A DNA stretch of 61,940 bases, counting the filler, from Choristocarpus tenellus KU-1152 (Eukaryota; Protista; Phaeophyceae): NCBI GenBank assembly GCA_964200185.2. It is 12 parts of 12 records of this genome, joined end to end, with 100 filler letters (N's around TTAATTAATTAA, not from the genome) between each part and the next. Parts side by side here need not be neighbours in the genome. Positions count along the whole stretch, not along the records: positions 33,327 to 39,220 come from CAXNAD020009482.1; positions 39,321 to 45,350 come from CAXNAD020009123.1; positions 45,451 to 49,846 come from CAXNAD020014746.1; positions 49,947 to 55,270 come from CAXNAD020011156.1; 8 more parts are not named here. One strand, given 5' to 3'. The notes beneath the pieces are model-generated. The model worked only from the letters and a program-made list of their open reading frames with translations. It was not told the DNA's origin and did not search any database. Position 1 is the stretch's first letter; every line of letters starts with the position of its first letter. Made by a program: the position numbers and the translations under genes. Shown in pieces: positions 36,401 to 49,963 of this stretch.

Positions 36401-39180
36401 CACAAGGAAACACACCTAATCCCCATTCATTCCAACCCACCTGTGGCTCCAGGGCACTCATTCCCTCAATAAGTGTCGCCACCAGTTCCGCCACGTGTGG
36501 CATCAGCGCTTCTCGCCCACACACCTTCACAAGTCGAGTCAGTGTCCGCATTGAAAGCGCTTGGGACACCTTACACCTGCTAAGGATACCCTTCTGTAGC
36601 AACCACGGCAACACAACTGACACCGTCGCCCTTGCCACCTCTATGGCAGCCAAAGATGGCTCCGCCATCACCCCTCCCCTGGCCCCCCTGCCCACTGTCC
36701 TCCTCCCCTCACCCCTGCCTTGCCTCAAGACCTCAATCACACTTGGTCCCCCAAGTCGTTGTCCCTCCCCACCTCCCCCTACTCCCTGCCTGCTCCCTGC
36801 ATCATGGGCAAGCTGGAGTGCAGCCTCAGCTGCAGCTACAGTGGCTGCTCTCCCTGCACCTGTTCCAAGAGCTCCCTCCACTTGTCCATCTCCCTCTTCC
36901 CCTGCAGCCTCGGCTTCTGATATGCGCAGATCTTCGAGCATGTTACCAACAGTGCGCCTGACTTCTGAGGCTTCCTCTCTACCATCGTCATCAGTTGGGG
37001 CATCACCAGATGCACCATTGCCGCTGTTGCCCGCAGTAACCACAGATGAGTATGGATCACTGAGGCGAATGGAGACATTGGCAAGGGTCTTCGCAAAGCC
37101 AATTCCGGCTTCTGCCACAGATTCCTTGATGTCATCAATAGCTCTGGCAATGACGGCATGGTGTTCATTTGTGTCGGTGGGTGTTGATGGGGGTGGAGGG
37201 TGGTGTGGGCAACTGGAAGTGGAAATGTGCTATCTCACAGCACTGCAAAGAAGAGCTTCAAATTCTATGTTTTACTCACCTGGGCAATTTATTGTATTGA
37301 GCGGGGTTTCCAAGTTACCTGGATTTTCCACTTGACTGTTTGCTAGGTATGTGCCCAACTTGGCATGTTTGATCCCATTCTAATCTACTTCAAAAGTGGA
37401 GGATTCACTAAACACAACAAACAACCAGCATGGAGCACTATGCCCTCAAAAAACACAAACAGCACACCCTGTAAACACAAAAAATAAAAAGTAAACCACT
37501 GGCTAACATATCCACATCCTTTTGTGACTATGGGTCGGAACATCACATATCTCCATAGGAACATAACCCACGCAAAAAGAACAAAGACTCTGAGGTATTG
37601 ACAAGTATCTCTACAACAGTCCACTTTCAAGAAACTAGAGCCCCTGCCCCATCACAAACAGCACTCTAGCCAACGCATATAGCATCTTAACCAGTATACC
37701 TTCCACTTGACTGCTGAGAACCTACAAACCAGACCATCGCATACTATTTCCATGACCAATTAAGTTTTAGGTAGAGAGTTGAGGCAGCAGTACCGCACCT
37801 GTCAGCCATGGTCCAAAGCTTTTCCAGGTGTGGGCCAACCTCATCCCAACCCCGGCCCACAAGGATTTTGGCCAGTGCTGAACAGGAGGCCTGTCTGTTG
37901 TGCCACTTGCGATCGCCCAGACCCCGAAGCAACTCAGTCATGATTGCTCCAAAGTGTGTGTTGATGATCTGTGTCAAGGGTGTTCATGTGGTGTTATGGG
38001 TGTTTTGTAGGGGAAAAGGTCGAACAGGGCAGGACAACATATTTTAGATCTTGCAACCAATGTTACTCCTCTTCTTACACTGAGATGAATTCTTGCGTTA
38101 CATCGGGGGGAGGGGGGATATCTTGATTTATTGCCTATCCCAGTCCCTTGACTCTTGCCCATGGACTCCAGACAACAAAACAATACGGTATGGGAAGTGG
38201 GAAACCTAGACCGTGGTTGGAGGCTGATATGCCATCCCTAGGAGTGCATTGCAACACTTGTCATGCATTCATCTCTGCCTCTCCCACTACAAAAGCACAT
38301 CCCCGAGTCCCTTTTGTCTAGAGGTATGTACCTACCAGACTTCTCTAAATGTTACTTGCCAAGGACAGTAGACTCCCTCCCTCCCTCGCCTCAAAACAAC
38401 CATACCCATACATCAAGCAAAGCCTGCGCTTGTCCTTCACAGTGAAAGTACTACAGCAGTGTTGTCTTGAGAGATAAGGAGACTACACGCTGACAATGGA
38501 GAGGTCTTAAGCAGTAGAGAACACCCCTCCCCCCCCTTCCCTGTATCTTGGAAACACAATGCCAGTGACAACACACCTCCTTCTCCCTGCTCGGCAAATT
38601 GCCCCCCTCTCCTTCTGCACCTCCCGATGTGCTGCCACCGCCAACAACAGAACACCAAAGCTGATCCATGGCAGCGCGAGTCTTGGCACTGGGATCAAAC
38701 CGGTAACGGTAAAGTCGAGGAACAATACGATGGAGCTGAGGCTCCAGTGCACCTGCCGCTGCTTGACTGATGATGGCTCCCAGGCCAAAGCTAGCACCCC
38801 TGAAGAAAAACAAAAGAATTTTGCAAGTGATAAGGGTTCACATAATACCTGTGGAGTTCTACATCCATACACTAAGACAACAACAGGGTCACATGAACAG
38901 CTTGTTATATTTTCTTCATACCTCACGAATAGAGAATATCTGTCCAAATCAAACCCCACCTACCTCTATAACACCCACTCTGCATCAAACCCCCACCCCC
39001 CAACACCACACCTCCGTGTTGTCCATGCTGAATGGTGACTTGCTAGAGTGAGGAAGGAGTAGATGAGCTCTGGTTGTCCCACATCATTAGCAACAGCACA
39101 CATCTCCCCATAGGCCCCAGCCCCAGCCTCTGAAAGGGTCGCCCCTGAGTGCGTTCCACCCCCCCCCCCCCCCCAACAAG
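33454..39180 (-). CDS. ECM29: proteasome adapter and scaffold protein ECM29, internal fragment
   Basis: Phase-consistent GT-AG exons ~39180-39012, 38799-38577, 37968-37799, 37143-36441, 35787-34978, 34403-33454. Motifs QPELIYSFLTLASHHSAWTTRRGASFG, PRLYRYRFDPS, RQASCSAL, DDIKESV, SALEPQALQY, GRAWEGKEELL. Confidence 0.9.
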
Positions 39181-39220
<40 letters not shown>

Positions 39221-39320
39221 NNNNNNNNNNNNNNNNNNNNNNNNNNNNNNNNNNNNNNNNNNNNTTAATTAATTAANNNNNNNNNNNNNNNNNNNNNNNN
39301 NNNNNNNNNNNNNNNNNNNN
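39221..39320. other. artificial contig linker
   Basis: N44-TTAATTAATTAA-N44. Confidence 0.99.
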
Positions 39321-39908
39321 GAGGTAGGTGAGGGGGGCGGGGGGGGGGGGGGGGGGGGGGTTGGGGTTGGGGGGGGGGGGGGGGGGGGGGGGGGGGCGGG
39401 GAGTGCTTGCTCGTGGTTGGAGTTGGAAAACTCAAGCACTTAATCTATGATGTACAATCAGTAAAATTGGTGTACTGCGTATGTTTTCAAGCTCCCCCAA
39501 GATTCCCCCCCTGTAGTGACACCAACTGCCTTACACACCAAGTCACAGCAATATAGTACAAATAATGACTCTTGGGCAGTGTATGACAAGAAGGGTACAA
39601 AAATATTGCTGTATAGCGGTATTATGTACATCTTCGAGGAAAGACAAAGTAGGATGTAATACAAATCAAGGCGTAGAACCTCATGCTTATTTACAAGATG
39701 AACGTTTCCTCCACATGTAGCGGCAACAAATGCAATCCACAACTAAAATATTCAATGTTTTTCATATAGAACATCGGTGCAACACAAGACACCACATAAA
39801 ACAAGGAGACATGAAAGAGAGAGAGAAAAAACTTATTCTACCCTCCACTACACAACAACAAACAATGCCTTGCAACAGGCACTTAATCCTGCACACCTTC
39901 TAACTCAC

Positions 39909-42900
39909 ATGCAGCTGCTGAAGCCAGCTCTCCTCTTCCTGAGAGCAACACGCTGACATCATGGACAGCAGACTGTCCCTCATAACATGGATATTGGGGA
40001 TCTCTAGGAATGCCAAGGTTGCACATTGGCTTCCACCGAGCCTGGAGATTACCTCATGCCCCTTCCCCAGGATCAGGTGCCCCTTGGCTGATATCATTGG
40101 ACGCGCATCTACTATGCGGAGCACTGCTTGCCTCCCCCACCCCCTGCCCCCAGTCGTCTCACTTTTCCCCTCTCTTCCCCTGTCTCTATGGCTCCTGGAA
40201 GAAGCTACAGCTGAGGGAACCCCTGCAGTTACACTGATACCACCACCACTGCCACCGCCTCTGCCACTAATGCTCCTCTCCATAGAAACCTTTGTGTAGG
40301 TAGATTTGGGAGGAGAGTCACTAAACACTGGGGAACGAGGCACTAACACGACCACTCCCTCTTCATCCTCCTCTACAATCAGACGCCCTTCCTCATCTGG
40401 TGGCAATGCTGTCATGGCAGGCCTCCCTGCCTCAGCAAGAGATGACTCCAATGGAAGTTTTGAAGGACTCTTGAGACCTAGTCTATCCGGCATCCTGGGG
40501 GTTACAGAGTCCCCTGGGGTGCCCACAACAGTTGAAGGCGACATAGGAGAAGGTGGTAAACAAAGAGACGACGAAGCAGATAGATCTAAGTGAGGTGGTG
40601 GGGCCCCTGCTAATGCCTCCACAGCAGAGAACGCAAACATGGGTGAGACGGCACCATCAGGAACAGCATCATCAGCAACCTTGCCAATGCCCCCTGAAAC
40701 TGTACTTTCACACCCAACCTGACCCCCGCCCACATCCATGCCCCCGCCCTCGCCCCTATTCAGTGCTATCACTGGAGTGTTGATCGCCTCGACCAAGGCA
40801 AGTGTTGGCATCGCAGGCAACGGCATTAACAAAGGTGTCACACCCCCACTACTGCCTTCAGCAATCTCTCCCATTGCCTCAATTCCCACTGCCGAGGTGG
40901 CAGTCCCACAGGCTGGCACAACCCACAGGGTTTCCTCTCCCATACGCTGTTCTCCCAAGTCTCCTGTCTTCTCAACTTCTCCTTCCTCAACCCCAATGAC
41001 GTCTTGAACTCCCTCCCTGTGACGCCCTCCATCAAGAATGAGAAACCCATCTCCAGGGGGGCCTTCGCCGCCATTCAGTGCCAACACTTCTCCTCCTATT
41101 ATGGTACCTGCTAAAGGGTCATCCTCGGGAGCAGGTACATCCACCACTACAGTACCAACATCTTCGGCACTGGTGGCTTCTGAACCACTTCTGCTAGTGA
41201 ATAATCCTGCTGCTCCAGCCACCATGCTCGTACCAACCTCTGCAAACAGGGACCTCTGCACAAAATTGTTGTCAACCACCCTGCCTCTTTGTTGAGGAGA
41301 GCATAAGGAGGTAACAGGGGAGGGGGACGGCGTTGGCAAGGTATGAAATGTAGCGACACTGCTGTTGGGTGTCATTTTGGTTCTTGATGCTGGGCTCCCT
41401 AGGTCCGCTGTTTTCCTAATCTCTGTAAGGAGCTGCTCATCCTCAGGACAGGCGTTGTTAATGCCAATTCCAGTCATAGGTTGGCTGGAACGGCACAGAG
41501 CGGCCCCAGTGGTTGGATGCAGCCAGGTAAGGACCGGGATGCGACAACGACTTCTCCACTTGGACGCCTTCTCAATTATAAATGTGCCCATAATTTTGAT
41601 CGGCATTGGCAGAAAAAAGGCAATAGGGGAGGGGAATGCACCAGGGTTTGCAGGGGGACAAGATAAGGGTTGGGTGAAGTTAATGGTATTCCTCAGCAAC
41701 TAATCAAAGGGGCATACCGCGTAGTCCATTACTACTGTGAAAAGCAACAAAAAACGAGAACAATATTAGTCCTTCATCAAAGCTTGCTAAAAACAAAGGT
41801 CATGCTATTGAATAACATTGAGTTCTACTGTAGTATAATCTCAGAACATCAACTGGACCCACACATATCATCCATCTCCTTATTGCATAGGAGTTTGAAG
41901 TCGGCAGATCTGACAACCAAGGCACACAATTGAGAGTTTTGGTCAGGGGCAAATGCTCTCCTTTAGGAACTCCTATAGTAAAAACAAAAAGAACCTACAT
42001 CGCCAAATGAGATGTGATACCATTTTGTTCATACTAACTTACTCGCTTTTACACTCAGTTTTCTGTTTGGTAAGCCAGCTCTCATCAAGTAGAGTGCAGA
42101 GAAAGATCACTGGAGAGTTGGTAAGTTAAGTGAAAAGGCAGGAGGGTGAGAAAGGGGAGAGGGTAGGAGGCTCCTATTTTGCATAGCTCAAATAAACTTC
42201 ATATAAAATGGATGGATGGATAGATTTATGACTGTACAGCTTAGTTTTAAAATCAGCATCAGTGGGTGGGATTCAACAACCATACTTTACTAGATATGCA
42301 AAAAATAGCATGAGGTCTCTCCTTCTGCTAGACAAGCACTGTGCCTCCTGAAGCATCTCCTACTCGAGCTGAACCAATAGATGAATGGTACCCATGATAC
42401 AGCGAATGAAAGGGGTGCTCATTGCACCAAGTTTAACAACTGCTTCCCCCACACACAGAGGCACTAATGTGTACAGTGACACAGAGTGAAAGAGATGGAT
42501 GCCCTGATGCCCTGATCGAGATTTTGATACATATGGGAGAGGAGGGAAGGCGCAATACTATACTTCAGACCACATAAAAATTGCAGCAGATATTCAGATC
42601 TCAGAAACTCACCCTCTTTATTATTTTTTCTTCAACAGCCTTGGGAACAACAAGCAGGCGTCCATAAGTGGGGCATAAGCGAAAGCTCCTGTTAAGACCA
42701 ATGTATTGCCACCTCTTTGCCTGTTCAAAATCAACAGAGGCGGTTCCGATCATGCACACAGATATTGCAAACGGGGTAGGGGGGGGGGGGATGCCTTTTG
42801 TCCTCACAGTAGGGGAAGGACATCCTGGGTCCAAAAGAGAGAGAAGGGACAACTGTATTTTACAATCGAAAAGATGTTCCACCTCCAGTCCTTTTAAATC

Positions 42901-45350
42901 ATACCCAGCATTTCGCTAAGAATATAACTCTGTGAAATTTATACCACTCATCAAGATAGTCCAGTCTGAACAAGGAGTCAGGGTGTCTGTGTTGGGGCAG
43001 GGGGGGGGGTCAGATTCTCTCGATCGTACAAACAAGATACTACAGATTTTCCTCATCTTCAAATTGCTCTTGTTCACAACCCTCCTCACCTCATTGATCC
43101 CCTGCCGCTGAAACTCTGCCACTGGGCAGTAGGGGCTGGGAAATCCGCGGGCCTCCATAGAGCTTGCAAAAGGATCATTGGCATTAAGGAGGGCGTTGGG
43201 GTCCACATCCAGAGCCAGATTGCTTCCGTACAGGTCATTGGATACATGCACTCGGCATTGGTCCATCTAGTAGACATGATGATACAGGAACGAGACAAGG
43301 GGCAATGTATGACAGGGGAGGCACATAAGGGTTATGCTACCCCAGGCGCCTCGTCAAGAATTGTTTTCCATGCAAAGATCAGTACACAGCTTGTCAAAAT
43401 ATAATCAAGCACGAGCTTGCTTCGAAATTGTCTACATTCCATCCACATGTAGGACCGATCCTCTAGAGGAAAGAGATTGAGAGAGATGAATCAGATAACA
43501 ACAGTGATACCTAAATTTTTCAAAACAGGATTCAAGATTGCAAGTATGTTACAAACTTAAAGTGATGTATTGGGAAGTATGGGCTTGACCCTACATCATG
43601 AGCTACTCCATAAGAGGATAAGAGGTACAAAATTTCAATTCCAAGAGGGGGAATAAATACACTGTAGCATACTCAGATCATTTTTGCAACACTATAAAAC
43701 ACTAGAATTTCACCTCACCACGTCATAGAGAATTGTTCCAAAACCAACAGTACACATCATATCCTGCACTCTTGTTACCACTCCAGAAGGTACTACCTCT
43801 TTTCCCATCAGTTTTGATAAGTCATGAAATAGCATCCAAAGGCCGATTTTTTGAAGACTTGGGGGGAGCAAGGAGGTGGGAGGGGATGGGTAAGAACATA
43901 ATCCCATTTGTACAGTCATATCTTTTCGTTCATGAGTGACAACAGCTCAGCTACTACAGGTTACTGCTGCTGATGATGCATGTTTGTGGTCTACCTAGCA
44001 CTTACCTGTACAAGAAGTACAAAAGAAATTTATTTAAAACTCACAAATCACAAAAAAATCCCCCCACACTGTACGCTTGCTAGAAACAAGGAACAGTTGC
44101 TTTAACAGTTTCAATTTTGATACGATAAAACAGCCTTACCTTGTGCGCAAATCCGTCCTCTTTCACCCGCCAGAACACCTCCTCCTCCGTCCTGCATACT
44201 CCTCGCAAAGACCTTTCGTCATCAGAACGACTGGGACCATATGCCACCCCAAAGTAATACGCCTTTTTATCCTTGCACTCCAACTGTGGTGGCCGCAACA
44301 GGGGGAAAGGGCCGTAAGTATGGCGGCTCAGGGGTACCACTCAACACCGCAGAACATCAAGGTGGTCTGGAGTGGGCATAGAGGGCTGACTGACTATGCC
44401 GATATACCGCTAACAAGGTAGACAAAGAGAGCGATATGCTACAAAAGACCCTTGTCAAACGGGAGTGGGGATGGGAGTGATGAAAGGTCTCTGAGAGGAG
44501 GAACAGGGTTGCAGAAAACACGCAACCTGATTCACATTATTTTCAGCCAAGCAGAACCACCTTGCTTCAGATATTATTAAAATGCACTGCCATATATACC
44601 ATCTCCTTATCCTAAAATGTTTCTTGCACTGTTCCACACTAGTTTTTTTCTTCATGCATGCTATCTTGCAAATCTCTGGCACACTGTATCTCTCTAAAGA
44701 CACTGGAAATGTTGTCACGCACAGACAAATATTAAGAAATGCCTTGTCACCAATTCAAAAGGATCAATTATATCCACCTCTACCCATCCCCTAACCACAA
44801 TCTACCACTCCCCTCCCCCGCCCTCCTTTGTCAGTGCATTTCTTCATTTCTCTGCTACACTTACCTGTATCCCTGTGAGGTCGTCATGCCACCGCCTTTT
44901 GACATGACTGGCAGATATCAGTGCTAAAGGGACTTCCAATATCTCCAATTCACGCTCTGTGGATGCCCCCACCCTCCCCCCGTCACTATTGCAACCATAA
45001 CCACCCTTTCCCAAGCACCTCAACTCGTCACTGCCACCTCTTCCACAGTTCTTGTCACCACTTCTGCCTCTGCAATTCCCAATACCCTCTGCCTGATCGG
45101 GTCCCACACACCCCTGCTCCCTGCCCTGTGCTTCTCTAGATATAAACAAAACCCGATGAGTAGTCAACAGCAAGGTGCCAACTTTCCTAGCCCTCCCCCT
45201 GTTACCTCCTCCACTGTCACTGCTAAACCTCTCATCAGCACCACGACTGCCATCATTGCTTCCACCTCCCCGTCCCCTGCCCCCCCCATCCCCTCTTCCA
45301 CTTCCTCCCCCACCTCCAGGCGGCAGGGCAGGTGAGCCCCCCCCTCCTCC
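39909..45350 (-). CDS. myotubularin-family phosphoinositide phosphatase (PH-GRAM plus phosphatase N-part), partial
   Basis: Exons 45350-44865 (GTLLLTTHRVLF), 44283-44140, possibly 43763-43719, 43266-43090 (AEFQRQG), 42720-42613 (LCPTYGRLLVVP), 41567-39909 (RSRCRIPVLTWLHP, LCRSSQP, IVDARP, IPNIHVMRDSL). The catalytic CX5R exon is not on this contig. Confidence 0.9.
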
Positions 45351-45450
45351 NNNNNNNNNNNNNNNNNNNNNNNNNNNNNNNNNNNNNNNNNNNNTTAATT
45401 AATTAANNNNNNNNNNNNNNNNNNNNNNNNNNNNNNNNNNNNNNNNNNNN
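45351..45450. other. artificial contig linker
   Basis: N44-TTAATTAATTAA-N44. Confidence 0.99.
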
Positions 45451-45952
45451 CCAGTGGATTTGTTTTTCATCATCCCCATTGCATATTTCTTATTATATAT
45501 GTGACCCTTGGTCCTCAGCGTCTATGTGAGAGCAGTAATTGAGTCAGTGGATGAATGCATGGGTGGATGAATATATGTACCCACGCATGTATGCAAAGAG
45601 AGGAGGGGGGGGGGGTCAGGGTTAGGGCTAGGGCTAAGGCTAAGGCTAAGGCTAAAAAATGATAGGCTGCACAACTGAAAGTGTATTTTTGAATAGAAGG
45701 GGGCCAGATCCAATAATTTTGTAACTGCCTCTCTGTGCCTAACTGTAAGTTGGGTTTGGACAATAAAAGGATATGTACTGTATTAGCTCCATAGGGGCGG
45801 ATCGGGGTCAGGGTTAGGACTAGCACAATATACACTAGAATATAATGTATATTTCCAAGTGTGTGTGTTTTGAATAAAGCTTAGTAGGGGGGTTAGGGCT
45901 ACAACGTATGCATGTGTGTCCAGTGACGTCTCATCACTGTCTGTTGTTGCAG

Positions 45953-47439
45953 CGGGGTATTGAAGAACCGGAGGGGAGTGAACCTCCCAGGGGCTGTGGT
46001 GGACCTGCCTGCTCTGAGTGAGAAGGATAAGACCGATATCAGGTGTGCTTTGTGCTCCACACTTTGGGTATATGATATATCGTGTAGGTATGCATGTGTG
46101 TACGTAATGTACCCCAACAAACAGAATAATAGAACACGCAATCCAGGGTATGTGTGCAGTTGGGGTAGGCTTTTATTTTAGTGTTACAAATGCTATGTCA
46201 TTTTTTGGATGTTGTAGTCAGTACAGTGATATTCACAGTCTGCCTCCTCTGTCCATTTGTTCGTGTGGTGGGGCACTGAAGTCTCTGTGGAGCCTATCCT
46301 GCTGGTGTGATGGATGTAGACGTTACATGTTTTTTGCACATATTTTGTGCACCTAACGGGCGTGCACCCATTGATACTCATGGCGAAGTATAGATACGCG
46401 TATGTATGTATGTATATATATATGTATTTGTGCCACTTGTTGAATACTGCCAGTGCTCAGTAGTATTTGGGACTCTTCATCCTTCCCAGGGTATAATTAA
46501 ATATTTCACATAGGGAAGGTGTTATTTTTTGTGCCAGAATGGTACTGCAACCAAAGAGCTTCCCCCCCCTCCTACCCTTTCCCATCCCGCCGATGCCTTG
46601 AGCTCTGCTGACTTCACCCCTGAGAATATGTTTTTTCCTTAATTAGAGCCTATGTGTTTGAAACGCTGTCCTCTCCTCTCCCTCGCCCTCCGTTTGTATG
46701 TTGATTTCACCTGTAGTATTCTGATGCAACATGGGACAAACCGTGACTTGCCAGCAGTCACTTAGCCCCTTTTCATGTTAAAAAATAAATATAAATATGT
46801 ATGTATGTATGTATGTACGTACACACATACATACATACATAAATACAAACGAAATGTTGTTGTTGTTGTTGTTGTTGTTATAATGTTTTTTTTTCTTAAC
46901 GCATGAGATCGTGCAAACGCAACAGTTGGCATCTTCTTCTTCCCCCTCCCCCCCCCCGTACTGACTGTCACATCTTTTTTTAATTTCTTTTTATACACTC
47001 TCTTGCGTGTAGGAACATTGGTGTCCTATTCCTGTTTTTTTTTCTTTCTTTCTTTCTTTCTCACTTCCACCTGATTTTTGGCCGTACAGGTACGGAGTGA
47101 AGAACGATGTCGACTTTGTTGCAGCATCATTTGTTCGTAAGCCAACAGACGTCGAGGACATCCGTGGCTTCATTGAGGGGGAGCATGCCAGGGTCTGGCC
47201 GAGCGACCACCCCTCCCCCAGGATAATATCCAAGATTGAGAACATGGGCAAGTGGAAAAGGGTGTATGTGTGGTGTTGCGGCCGAGGTTGTTCTTGATGG
47301 CTGTGATTAGATTAGCGCACTTGGCACTCACATGAAGACTCTGTACCCCCCCCCCCCCCCCCCCCCCCCCCCCCACCCCCCCCNNNNNNNNNNGTTTTTT
47401 TTTTTTGTGTGCTTTGTTTCCCCCCCCCCCCCCCCCCCC

Positions 47440-47474
<35 letters not shown>

Positions 47475-49542
47475 ACACACACACACCTCCTCGCCCTCAC
47501 ATCCCCCAGGTGTTTGTTGTGTGTGTGCCTCGCCACTGTTGTGATCCCCTCCCCTCCCCTCCCCCTACCCACCCACCTACCCACTCTGCCCTTTTTTGAC
47601 AAGAGCCTTTGAGATCCGTGTCAGTACCTCCCTCTCTCTTTTCATGGGATGCCTGAGACGGAGGGGAGGGACTTGTTGGTGTGTTGGTTTGTTGGATTTC
47701 CACCTGTTATCTGATGCCAACATCGCTCCAATGCACAAGTACTAGTGCTAAGTACAAGTGCTAATATTATCAATACTGCTTGGCGCTTGATTCTTCCTCA
47801 GTTATATTTTTTCATTTATTCCACCATCCCCCCTCTGTACACCTATTCCCCACCCCTGTATTCCCCGCCTTCCATCTCTCCTCTCACTCCCCCTTTCTCT
47901 TGTCCTCCCTCCCATCGTGTCTTCACGCTGTGTGCTATCTGTTGAAAATGCTGGTTCTGTTACTATCACGGCTTTTAATGTCTATTTGGGTGGGTGGGTG
48001 GGTTGGGGGCGGGGTTGGTTGTTGCCTGTTTCAATTCAACGCAGAGGCTGTGGACAATTTCACGGCAATCCTTGAGCTGTCAGATGGCATTATGGTGGCC
48101 AGGTGAGGATGATGATTAGAGCAAGAGTAATTATGATGAAACCCACAGTTGTTGCAGTTGGTTCAAATTATGGCTACATGATTCTCCTAACCTTGTATAC
48201 ATACACACACTCTCTCTGACCCTAACCCTAACCCTCTGCGGTACTTTGTTCGTACTTGGAAGTTCTCTGGGTCACTCACTGACTACGTAGCACTACGAGG
48301 TGATGTATTGATATATATATTTTTTGCTTGTTATTGTGTGATAGGAACACATCTAGTTCATTTCTACATGTTGAACACATATCTCTATTTTTGTGCTCGT
48401 TGACATGTGTGTTGCATGCTGTCTCTGGTGGTGGGGCGGGTTTGTGGTGTTCAGGGGTGACCTTGGGGTGGAGGTCCCAGCTGAGCAGGTCACTAACATG
48501 CAGAAGATGATGGTTAGGTGAGAACTATAGTAAGACCCCCTCCACAAAATATCAAATTGTGACTTTGAGGTATTACGAGATTACAAGGGGGGCAGACAAG
48601 GCAATGCAAGGCATGTTTTTTGTTTTTTTAAAAATGATATGTTGAAGATGCACACCTGTGGAGTGCCTACTACCAGTTTTCAGAAGAAATTTCCTTACTA
48701 TATATTTATTCTGTTTTTGATGTCTTGGCAGCATTTTGTTTCAAGACATTCGTGGGGTGAAGATATTTCATTTTGAAACCAATAATAATAATAAAAAAGA
48801 GGGGTTTGTATATCGATGGCCTATCTCATTGATGAGATTTCACTTGTTGCTTGTAAGACTCCTTTTTTGGTGTTGGCTCAAGTATCCCTCTGTGCAGTTC
48901 TCTTTGTCATTATTTCATGCATTGGGGGTGGATTTGTGTTGAATGTTCACCACCACCACCTCCCCCCTCCCGACAAAATAGAAGAATCTACTCTTGCTTA
49001 CAACAACAAACAAACTTGAAAATGAGCAAAAAATATATATAATATAATATATTGTGTACATCGATTCAACAATAATATCTAGTTCTTTAAAAAAAAAAAA
49101 TGGAAGTGCAGTGCATAAAACTCATTGACAATAATAGAAGGGAACAAAAGCTTCTTCAACCTTGAACTACATGCACTACAGAGCCCCAACATTCAAAAAT
49201 ATGTGTCACGCAAACATTTCTCGAAGTACCCTGAACCACACCACAGTGTCCTCAACTCTCCATGCGTCCTTTCCCCTCTGTGCCAGACGCCACATACGGG
49301 ACAACAGCCTCATAGCGTGCTCTCAAACCACCCCATTGCCTTTTGCCGTCTCCAAGTCAAACCACCCTCAAAACCTGACTCCTGCATTTGTTTGAATTAT
49401 CGTGCCCCCTTTTTTCCCCATGTGAATTTGTTTCCCCCTGTTGGGGTGATTGTTTCCAAAGGGAGTGCAATCGCGTGGGGAAGCCAGTCATTGTGGCCAC
49501 GCAGATGCTGGAATCTATGCAGACCAACCCCCGACCCACCAG
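45953..49542 (+). CDS. PK: pyruvate kinase, internal fragment
   Basis: Exons 45953-46042, 47090-47247 (GC donor), 48045-48102, 48455-48517, 49462-49542: [59 protein letters not shown]...PRPTR. Confidence 0.96.
46796..46879. repeat. inverted (ATGT)n/(ACAT)n microsatellite followed by (GTT)n
   Basis: Seen directly, in a PK intron. Confidence 0.85.
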
Positions 49543-49846
49543 GTGAATCCTTACTTGTCTGGGGAGGGGCTGGTAGTTGTGACTGGCGTGCAAAGTTCTT
49601 TAACTTTTTTTGTTTGTAATATTTTTTTTCTTTTAGCGTGTTGATTTTTTTTTTATGTTTTTACCAAGATTTTTTGTGTATTGATTGCTTGATTGATTCC
49701 CTGTTGGGTTTTGGACGGGTTATAGATGAAGTGAAGGAGGACAAAAGAGGAGTGAGCTTTCAAGTCCCAAGGGGAGTGTGTGTGTGGGGGGGGGGGGGGG
49801 GGGGCCTCCCGCCAAATTGGTCCAATTTTGTGAATCCACAATCAAA

Positions 49847-49946
49847 NNNNNNNNNNNNNNNNNNNNNNNNNNNNNNNNNNNNNNNNNNNNTTAATTAATT
49901 AANNNNNNNNNNNNNNNNNNNNNNNNNNNNNNNNNNNNNNNNNNNN
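49847..49946. other. artificial contig linker
   Basis: N44-TTAATTAATTAA-N44. Confidence 0.99.
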
Positions 49947-49963
49947 CCCAGATACTTTGAGCC
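49947..49963. mobile_element. MITE TIR at contig start
   Basis: CCCAGATACTTTGAGCC. Confidence 0.7.

Noticed and set aside
33796-41703. Long plus-strand ORFs (33796-34407, 34955-35767, 36313-37335 and several in 39961-41703)
   Set aside because: Antisense shadows of GC-rich ECM29 and myotubularin exons; Ser/Pro-rich with no domain signal.
47340-47475. Poly-C tracts and poly-Pro/poly-Gly ORFs (also 39158-39220 and 39330-39400) as coding or G-quadruplex elements
   Set aside because: They lie at gaps and contig ends where homopolymer length is unreliable, and are intronic or low-quality sequence.
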